Part shown: piece by piece, positions 17,019 to 23,962 of the stretch
Position numbering within the stretch: position 1 is the stretch's first letter
How the letters are laid out: the number at the start of each line of letters is the position of its first letter
Source of the DNA: Flavobacteriales bacterium
Lineage (GTDB): Bacteria > Bacteroidota > Bacteroidia > Flavobacteriales_D > Sanyastnellaceae
Assembly: GCA_049611325.1 (NCBI GenBank)
Contig: JBMZAL010000001.1
Location: 1 to 36,248, forward strand
DNA length: 36,248 nt
Direction: 5' to 3'
Notes under the pieces: model-generated
Seen by the model: only the letters and a program-made list of their open reading frames with translations
Told to the model about the DNA's origin: nothing
Database searches by the model: none
Program-made: the position numbers and the translations under genes

Positions 17019-17741
17019 TCAGTTCTTCGCCGTGACTTTGATCAGTTCCACCTCGAAAATCAGCGCGGCGTAGGGGGGGATGGCTCCACCTGGTGCAGGA
17101 CGCGCGCCGTAGGCGAGTTCTTGGGGGATGTAGAACGTGGTTTTGCCACCTTCTTTCATCAGTTGGAGGCCTTCTGTCCAGCCGCGAATCACCCCGTTCA
17201 AGGGGAAGGAGATTGGCTCGCCTCGCTTGAGGCTCGAGTCGAATTCGGTGCCGTCCAAGAGGGTTCCGCGGTAGTGAACTGTCACTTCGTCCGTGGCGTC
17301 AGGGGAGGCGCCGGTGCCCTCCACGGTGTGCTTGTACTGCAATCCGGACGCAGTGGTGACGATGCCTTCGTTCTTGGCATTTTCCTTCAAGAAGGATTCA
17401 CCTTCTTCCTTGGCGGCCTGGGCTTGTTGCTCCTTCAGTTTGGTCATTTCAGTCCGAACGATGGCGTCTGCTTCTGACGCGGACATGGTCGCATCGCCCG
17501 CGAGGGTGGCTTCGAAGCCAGACTTGAGCGACTCGCCGTCGACCGAGGAAAGGCCTTCGTTGGAGAGGTTGGTGGCGAACAGGACGCCGAGGGCATAGGA
17601 TAGAGAATCCATGGATTGGGTTTGGGTGGGTTGTTTTTTGTCAGCATTCCGCTTGTCTCTCTGCCCAAATGAGGTGACCGAGAAACACGTGGCAAGGGCC
17701 AAAACGAGGCACATTCTTGCGTGGTGGCGTGGGGTATTCAT
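17019..17741 (-). CDS. FKBP-type peptidyl-prolyl cis-trans isomerase (Mip/FkpA-like, secreted)
   Basis: Signal peptide, a helical N-terminal region, and a C-terminal FKBP domain: VTVHYRGTLLDGTEFDSS, GVIRGWTEGLQLMKEGGKTTFYIPQELAYG, IPPYAALIFEVELIKV. Its ATG overlaps the yaaA stop (ATGA at 17738-17741). Confidence 0.9.
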   Translation of the reverse strand: MNTPRHHARMCLVLALATCFSVTSFGQRDKRNADKKQPTQTQSMDSLSYALGVLFATNLSNEGLSSVDGESLKSGFEATLAGDATMSASEADAIVRTEMTKLKEQQAQAAKEEGESFLKENAKNEGIVTTASGLQYKHTVEGTGASPDATDEVTVHYRGTLLDGTEFDSSLKRGEPISFPLNGVIRGWTEGLQLMKEGGKTTFYIPQELAYGARPAPGGAIPPYAALIFEVELIKVTAKN

Positions 17742-18514
17742 GCCGGCAAAGTTCGGATGAAAACCTTCTTGTTGGGCGTCGACTCCTCAGAAGAAAACCG
17801 GTACCCCAATTCTTGGAATCCCTCGAGTTCTGAAGGGGAGTGGATGCCTTGAAGAAGGACGTGTCGCGCCATGGCGCCACGGGCGGTTTTGGCGAAGGAG
17901 GAAATGGCCTTGAGCTGGCCATTGCGGCGTTCGAGGAAGGTGCACGTCACCACACGTTTGGCCAGGACGCCATGCAAGGCCACGTCTCCGTATTCCGCAC
18001 TGGCCAAATTCAAAATGAGGGATCCTTCGTCCAAGGCATCCGCGCATTCGGTCACCGCTTGCGGAAGGCGCTTTTTCCAAAAGGAAGCCATGTTCTTGAA
18101 GGCTGTGTCGTGACACCACCGCTCGCCCATTTCCAAGCGCACGGGCATGAATCGATCCATGGGGCGGAGCAATCCGTACACGCCATGAAGAATGCGCAAG
18201 CGATGTTGGGCCGCAAGCAGTGACTCGTAGGGCAGGCTGGGCAGGTCCATGGATTTGAATGCGTCACCGCGGAACGTCCATCCGGCCACGGCGTCGCCCT
18301 CAGAAGTCCAAGCTTGGTGCCAAGCGTGCACTTTGGTGGCAAGCGCATCACTGAGATGCAGTTGCGCTTGGGTTTGGGCCAGGGACCAACCCTTGAGGGT
18401 TTTCAAAATTTCGGTGGCTTCTTTGATCAGCACAGGTGAGGACAAAGCCTCATCCAGGGTGGCGTCTGGTCGGCCGGGGTTCAGCGTTTTGGCAGGGGAG
18501 AGAAGCACGAGCAT
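17738..18514 (-). CDS. yaaA: Peroxide stress protein YaaA (UPF0246/DUF328)
   Basis: The canonical N-terminus MLVLLSPAKTLN and a length of 258 aa are typical of the family. Confidence 0.9.
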   Translation of the reverse strand: MLVLLSPAKTLNPGRPDATLDEALSSPVLIKEATEILKTLKGWSLAQTQAQLHLSDALATKVHAWHQAWTSEGDAVAGWTFRGDAFKSMDLPSLPYESLLAAQHRLRILHGVYGLLRPMDRFMPVRLEMGERWCHDTAFKNMASFWKKRLPQAVTECADALDEGSLILNLASAEYGDVALHGVLAKRVVTCTFLERRNGQLKAISSFAKTARGAMARHVLLQGIHSPSELEGFQELGYRFSSEESTPNKKVFIRTLPA

Positions 18515-18551
18515 GGCGCAAAGTTGAAGACAACCGCGTTATCTTTCCTTC

Positions 18552-20414
18552 ATGAAGAATGCCAAAAGCCTCGCAGGATGGCTGACCTGTGTCTTTGTCT
18601 TGGGCTGTGTGGTCGTTGCTCAGGCGCAATCGCCTTGTCCGTCGGACTCCTTGCCCTTGAACGTCAGCGTGACCACCGATGCTTGGGGTTACGAATTGTA
18701 TTGGGAGCTCATCGATGCCTCTGCGGCATGCGGTGATGGAACGGCCTTGCTGTGGGGAGGCAATCCAGAAGTTGGATGTGGTGATGGCGTGGCGGGACTT
18801 CCCAGTGAGGTCTACGACAACAACACCTTGTACACGTCCGCGACCATTTGCGTGAGTGAAGAAGACAGCTTGGTGCTCGTTCACAGAGACAGCTATGGCG
18901 ATGGAGGCAGTGACTTCGCGATTGCACTTGGCGGCAATGAGGCCTTTGGGTTTGACGGCTCTGGCAACGGGAACGATTGGTCCTTTCAGCCTGTGCTTGC
19001 CGTGGCGGATTTGCCTTGTCTTGCCGAATCCATCTTCGCAGACACCATGACTTGGGTGGGGTCAACGGAGGATGCATCTGTCTCTCCGAATGAGCCTTCG
19101 CCACCGGCTTTGGGATGCGGCGCGTTTGGCGGTTGGTGTGAAGCGGGCTTGGAAAATACTGTGTGGCTGTCTTGGGAAGTGCCTGCAGGAGGAGGTGTCT
19201 TTGAAATCAGCACCTGCAACGAACAAACCACATTCGACACGCAGCTTGCGCTTTGGGGCGTGACAGATTGCGCTGATTTTGCGTCTTACGAACTCGTGAA
19301 TGCCAACGACGATGCGGGCTGTGGTTTGGGGTCGTTCCGAAGCACCTTGTTGACGCCTTGTTTGGAAGGAGGGGAGACGATGATGCTTCAAATCGACGGC
19401 TATTACGGCGCCGTGGGGACTGTGGAAGTGAGTGTCACGACCGCGGCGGCAGACGCTTGGACAGTGTCTGCGGGCGTGCAAGACCTGTCATGCAGCCTGT
19501 TGACTTCGTTCGACCCCAACGGATCGATTTCCGTCAACAGCAACGTGGGCAACGAGGCCGTGGCCTGGATGTGGGAGGGGCCGTTTGGCTTCACTTCCGA
19601 CGCCGCCAGCATTGGCCCCCTTCTCCCCGGAGACTACACGCTCGAGGCATCCTTCTGTGGCCAAACGTTCTCTGCGTCTTACGAGGTGGAAGAGCCCGAA
19701 CCCTTGGAGCTTTTGGTTTCGCTTAGCCCCGATTGCGCATTGGGCTCCACCTCTGGTGTGGTGGACATCGAAGGCGGACAGGGCGTGGCGACGGCCACAT
19801 GGACGTCCGGGGCATTCGGCACCACAGGGGTGGAGGTCAGTGGACTTCCAGGCGGCCTGTTCGAGGTCGATGTGGTCGATGAAAATGGCTGCGAAGCTTC
19901 GGAAGTCGTTTGGGTTGAAAGCGTCGGTGTGCCCGAGGTGGACTTGGGACCGGATCAATTTGGATGTGCCGGGGATGCTTTTACCTTGCTCGCCCCCTTG
20001 GGTGCAGGGTTGACGTACGCATGGACCACAGGCTCCTCGGGTGCGTTGGCTGTGGTCCAAACCGACGCGCCCGGAACACTCGTCGTCGGGGTGGAGGTCA
20101 CCGACGGAGCGGGATGCACCGGTGCGGATGCGGTCATTTTGACCTTGGACGATTGCACGTCCGCGTTGGACGATTTGGGACAGGACTTCCGCTTGAATGC
20201 GTACCCCAATCCGTTTGTGGATGACATCCAAGTGGAACTCCCTGAAAGCCATGCCGGAGGAACGCCTCAATTGCGCGACCTGTCGGGTCGCGAGGTGCCG
20301 TGTGTTTGGACGGTGCAAGGAACCACTTACCGCACCCATGTGGAGGTGCCAGCAGGGGTGTACTTCTTGTCAGTGGCTCCAGGCTTGGAAACCATTCGCT
20401 TGGTCAAGCAATAA
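18552..20414 (+). CDS. T9SS-secreted multidomain protein (TD-W module, PPC-like domain, two SprB-type repeats, type A C-terminal domain)
   Basis: Signal peptide MKNAKSLAGWLTCVFVLGCVVVAQAQ. The N-terminal module carries VTTDAWGYELYWEL...HRDSYGDGG. SprB-like repeats are present (DLSC...GSISVN...W.WEGPFGF...LLPGDYTLEA; DCALGSTSGVVDIEGGQG...SGLPGGLFEVDVVDENGC). The C-terminal domain FRLNAYPNPFVDD...PAGVYFLSV...LVKQ spans 20187-20411. Confidence 0.85.
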   Translation: MKNAKSLAGWLTCVFVLGCVVVAQAQSPCPSDSLPLNVSVTTDAWGYELYWELIDASAACGDGTALLWGGNPEVGCGDGVAGLPSEVYDNNTLYTSATICVSEEDSLVLVHRDSYGDGGSDFAIALGGNEAFGFDGSGNGNDWSFQPVLAVADLPCLAESIFADTMTWVGSTEDASVSPNEPSPPALGCGAFGGWCEAGLENTVWLSWEVPAGGGVFEISTCNEQTTFDTQLALWGVTDCADFASYELVNANDDAGCGLGSFRSTLLTPCLEGGETMMLQIDGYYGAVGTVEVSVTTAAADAWTVSAGVQDLSCSLLTSFDPNGSISVNSNVGNEAVAWMWEGPFGFTSDAASIGPLLPGDYTLEASFCGQTFSASYEVEEPEPLELLVSLSPDCALGSTSGVVDIEGGQGVATATWTSGAFGTTGVEVSGLPGGLFEVDVVDENGCEASEVVWVESVGVPEVDLGPDQFGCAGDAFTLLAPLGAGLTYAWTTGSSGALAVVQTDAPGTLVVGVEVTDGAGCTGADAVILTLDDCTSALDDLGQDFRLNAYPNPFVDDIQVELPESHAGGTPQLRDLSGREVPCVWTVQGTTYRTHVEVPAGVYFLSVAPGLETIRLVKQ

Positions 20415-20417
20415 AGC

Positions 20418-21491
20418 TCAGGCGCGCCACTTGGCAAGGCGCTGACAGGCTTCTTCCAGGTTGGCTGTGGCCACATCGAGGTGGGTGACGAGCCTGACTT
20501 TGTTGGGGCCAAACGCAAAGCATGCGATGCCCATGTCCGAAAACGCTTGAACCACGGTGTCTGCGGTGGCTTCGGGGAGCGTGAAAATGACAATGTTGGT
20601 GTCCACCGCATCGACGTGGGCCACATCAGGGTGTGCACCCAACGTTTGCTCAAGCATGCGGGCATGACGGTGATCTTGTTCCAACCTGGAGACATGGTGG
20701 TCAAGCGCGTACAGTCCGGCCGCGGCAAGCACTCCTGCTTGTCGCATGCCGCCGCCCATGACTTTTCGCGACCGATGGGCTTCCGCAATGAAGGACTCCG
20801 ATCCCACGAGCACCGAGCCCACGGGGCATCCCAGTCCCTTGCTCAGGCACAACGACATGCTGTCGAAGAGGCGGCCATAATTCTGCAAGGCCGAGGCATC
20901 GCCCCATTCGCCGCGCTGCACCCACGCGTTCCACACGCGGGCGCCGTCCAAGTGAAAGCCGAGGCCCCGCGCGCGACTGGCTTCAGAAAGGCGCGTGAGT
21001 TCGTTCACGTTCCAAATGGCGCCACCCCCTTTGTTGCAGGTGTCTTCCACGGCGACCAGCGAGGTGCGCGCGTAATGGCTGTCGGCGGGATTGATGTTGG
21101 CGATCATCTCCTCCACATCATACCGGCCACGGTCGCCATGCATCAAGCGCACGGATGCTCCTGAATTTCGGGCGATGCCGCCTCCTTCGTAGTTGTAGAT
21201 GTGGGAGAGCTTGTCGCAAATGACTTCATCGCCCGGGCGGGTGTGCACCTGAATGGCGATTTGGTTCGTCATGGTGCCGGAAGGGCAAAACAGCGCCGCT
21301 TCGTGACCGGTCAATTCCGCGCAGCGTTGCTGCAGGGCTTGGATGCTGTCATCTTCCCCAAACACGTCGTCTCCGACGGGGGCGTCAAGCATGGCCTGAC
21401 GCATGCCGGAAGAGGGTTGCGTGACGGTGTCGCTGCGCAGGTCCACCAACAGATTGGACGGCGGCGGTTGGAGTTGACTTGACTGGGCCAT
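20418..21491 (-). CDS. ltaE: Low-specificity L-threonine aldolase (PLP, beta-eliminating lyase family)
   Basis: Contains DLRSDTVTQPSSGMRQAM, FCPSGTMTNQIAI, and the PLP-binding Lys in SLCLSKGLGCPVGSVL. I chose ATG 21491 (MAQSSQL...). The 70-aa upstream extension in the ORF track has no homology-like features. Confidence 0.9.
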   Translation of the reverse strand: MAQSSQLQPPPSNLLVDLRSDTVTQPSSGMRQAMLDAPVGDDVFGEDDSIQALQQRCAELTGHEAALFCPSGTMTNQIAIQVHTRPGDEVICDKLSHIYNYEGGGIARNSGASVRLMHGDRGRYDVEEMIANINPADSHYARTSLVAVEDTCNKGGGAIWNVNELTRLSEASRARGLGFHLDGARVWNAWVQRGEWGDASALQNYGRLFDSMSLCLSKGLGCPVGSVLVGSESFIAEAHRSRKVMGGGMRQAGVLAAAGLYALDHHVSRLEQDHRHARMLEQTLGAHPDVAHVDAVDTNIVIFTLPEATADTVVQAFSDMGIACFAFGPNKVRLVTHLDVATANLEEACQRLAKWRA

Positions 21492-21543
21492 GCCACGAAA
21501 ATACACGAGGGTTTCGAAGCGGCGTGTAGGGTATCTTGGGGGC

Positions 21544-23691
21544 ATGAAGACTTGGACTGTGAAAAGCGCGCTGACGCTTGTTTTGGGCTTGGCATGCATG
21601 AACGTGCTGCAGGCCAAAGAAGGCATGTGGATCCCCACGTTGTTGAAGGTGGTGGAAGGGGACATGCAGGCGATGGGCCTCAAGCTGACCGCTGAGGACA
21701 TTTACAGCATCAACCACAGCAGTTTGAAGGACGCTGTGGTGCATTTCAACGGCGGGTGCACCGCGGAAATGGTGAGTGCAGAGGGCTTGCTTCTGACCAA
21801 TCACCACTGTGGTTATGGCCAAATCCAACAGCACAGCACCGTCGAGAACGACTTGTTGACCAATGGGTTTTGGGCCATGACCCGCGAAGCAGAACTGCCC
21901 AATCCCGACCTGACCTGCACCTTCATCGACCGCATCGAAGACGTGACCTTGCAGCTGTCACGTGCCTGTGTCGGATTGTCTGGCGAGGCGCGAGAGAAGC
22001 GCATGCAGGAAGAAATGGAGGCCATCGTCAAGCGCGCGACAGAAGGGAAAGGGCTCGAAGGCCGCGTGGTGGCATTTGACTTTGGGAACAGCCACTACCT
22101 CATCACCAGCCGGGTGTTTCGCGACGTTCGCCTCGTGGGCGCGCCACCCTCGGCGGTGGGGAAGTTTGGCGGGGATACGGACAACTGGGTTTGGCCCCGT
22201 CACACGGGAGACTTCAGCGTGTTCCGCATCTACGCCGACGCCGACAACAACCCAGCCGATTACAGTGCCGACAACGTGCCTTACACGCCTGTGCATCACT
22301 TCCCCGTGAACGTGGATGGTGTGAAGGATGGCGATTTCACCATGGTCTTTGGCTTCCCCGGCCGCACGGAGCAGTACTTGACGTCTGACGCAGTGGAGCA
22401 CGTCATCACGCGGTTGAACCCCATGCGCATCGCCATGCGTGACGAAGGTTTGGCGGTGATCAATGCGGCACGTGCTTCGAGCGACGCACTTCGCATCGCC
22501 TACGCGGCCAAGCAGAGCAGCGTGGCCAACGCCTGGAAGAAGTGGAAGGGCCAAAACCGCGGCCTCACCGAGCTCCATGCGCTGGACAAGAAGCGCGCCT
22601 TAGAGGCCCGTTTGAATGCGGCCACAGGCAGTTCCGTGGTGGAGGATTTGGCGGCCCTGAATGCAGACTACTTCCCGTTTTTGGAAGTGCGCGGCTTGTT
22701 CATCGAGTTGGCATACTACGGTCCAGACATCCTGAATTACGCCCACAGTTTCTCAGGCCTCATCGAGGGTGCTGTCGAAGGCGAAAAGCGGGACCAGCTT
22801 CTTGCCAAGTTGCGTGCCAACGAAGCTGGATTCCGCAAGGATTTTGACGCCACGGTCGACGAGCAACTCCTCGGCCGTTTGGTCGACGAGTACCTCGAAT
22901 GGATTCCTGAAAACCTCACTCCTGAGGGGCTTCGCGCCGAGGTTGCCAAGGCCGGTGGTGGTCCTGCGTGGGCGGCCAAGGTGTTTGGCAAGAGCGTGTT
23001 TGACAACGCGGACGGCATGGAGAAGTTGTTGACTTCTGGAAGCGCCAAGGCGTGGGGTAAATTGACCAAGGATCCCGTGTACATCTGGATTGAGAACCTG
23101 CGCGCCCACTACTTCGCTCAGATCGCGCCGGAATATGGCAGATTGAGGGGGGAAATTGAATTGGCGTCAGGCGCCTATACCAAAGCTTTGCGACGGGCGT
23201 TCCCCGAGGAAGTGTTCCCCGTCGATGCGAACAGCACGTTGCGATTGACTTACGGGAAAGTGGAAGGCAGCGCGCCTTACGATGGCATGCAGTACAATCC
23301 GTTGAGCACGGCGCGCGGCATCCTTCAGAAGTACGTGCCTGGAGATCCTGATTTTGACATGCCAGAACGCTTGGTGGAGCTGTTGGAAGCACGTGATTAC
23401 GGAGACTACGCCAACGAAGATGGGGAGCTTGTGGTCTGCTTTACAGGCAGCAACCACACCACGGGCGGCAATTCAGGGTCTCCCGCTTTGGACGCCAACG
23501 GTCACCTCGTGGGCATCAACTTTGACCGGAGTTGGGAAAGCACCATGAGCGACATCCTTTTTGACGGCTCACGTTGCCGCAACATCATGGTCGACATTCG
23601 GTACGTCCTCTGGGTGATGGACGTGTATGCAGGAGCAGGCCATCTCGTCGAGGAGATGACGCTGATCACTCAGGAAGAGGGGACAGAATAA
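21544..23691 (+). CDS. S46 family serine dipeptidyl-peptidase (DPP7/DPP11-like)
   Basis: Signal peptide MKTWTVKSALTLVLGLACMNVLQA followed by KEGMWIP. The catalytic His is in LLLTNHHCGYG and the catalytic Ser in TGGNSGSPALDANGHLVGINFDR. Length is ~715 aa. Confidence 0.9.
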   Translation: MKTWTVKSALTLVLGLACMNVLQAKEGMWIPTLLKVVEGDMQAMGLKLTAEDIYSINHSSLKDAVVHFNGGCTAEMVSAEGLLLTNHHCGYGQIQQHSTVENDLLTNGFWAMTREAELPNPDLTCTFIDRIEDVTLQLSRACVGLSGEAREKRMQEEMEAIVKRATEGKGLEGRVVAFDFGNSHYLITSRVFRDVRLVGAPPSAVGKFGGDTDNWVWPRHTGDFSVFRIYADADNNPADYSADNVPYTPVHHFPVNVDGVKDGDFTMVFGFPGRTEQYLTSDAVEHVITRLNPMRIAMRDEGLAVINAARASSDALRIAYAAKQSSVANAWKKWKGQNRGLTELHALDKKRALEARLNAATGSSVVEDLAALNADYFPFLEVRGLFIELAYYGPDILNYAHSFSGLIEGAVEGEKRDQLLAKLRANEAGFRKDFDATVDEQLLGRLVDEYLEWIPENLTPEGLRAEVAKAGGGPAWAAKVFGKSVFDNADGMEKLLTSGSAKAWGKLTKDPVYIWIENLRAHYFAQIAPEYGRLRGEIELASGAYTKALRRAFPEEVFPVDANSTLRLTYGKVEGSAPYDGMQYNPLSTARGILQKYVPGDPDFDMPERLVELLEARDYGDYANEDGELVVCFTGSNHTTGGNSGSPALDANGHLVGINFDRSWESTMSDILFDGSRCRNIMVDIRYVLWVMDVYAGAGHLVEEMTLITQEEGTE

Positions 23692-23695
23692 CGGC

Positions 23696-23815
23696 TCAGG
23701 AAGCCATCATGCCAATGGCCACCACAACGATGGCGAAGAGGAAGAGTGCAAAAACAACGGGCCCGCCAATTTCGTTTTGCTCGGGCTCAAGGTGGTCGTG
23801 GTGATCGTGTGCCAT
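23696..23815 (-). CDS. Candidate 39-aa small membrane protein (below the ORF-track length cutoff)
   Basis: Minus-strand ATG at 23815 and TGA at 23696-23698. Translation: MAHDHHDHLEPEQNEIGGPVVFALFLFAIVVVAIGMMAS, a His/Asp-rich head plus one clean TM helix. It fills an otherwise empty gap. Confidence 0.3.
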   Translation of the reverse strand: MAHDHHDHLEPEQNEIGGPVVFALFLFAIVVVAIGMMAS

Positions 23816-23962
23816 GCTGCAAAAATACGCGGAACAGCGACAATTTGGCGCGCCTGGTCATGCAACCTTTCTCGGTGAGAAAGGGTCACCTTCATGGGTG
23901 ATGTATCTTGCACCGCCCGCGCGCCCGCGAGGGCCACACATTGAAACCAAAATCTGCACGTC

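Noticed and set aside
21489-21492. Overlapping divergent start codons (ltaE ATG at 21491 on the minus strand, and the ORF-track ATG at 21490 for the S46 peptidase)
   Set aside because: The S46 signal peptide begins at the ATG at 21544 (MKTWTVKSALTLVLGLAC...). The 18-aa basic extension from 21490 is unlikely to be translated.
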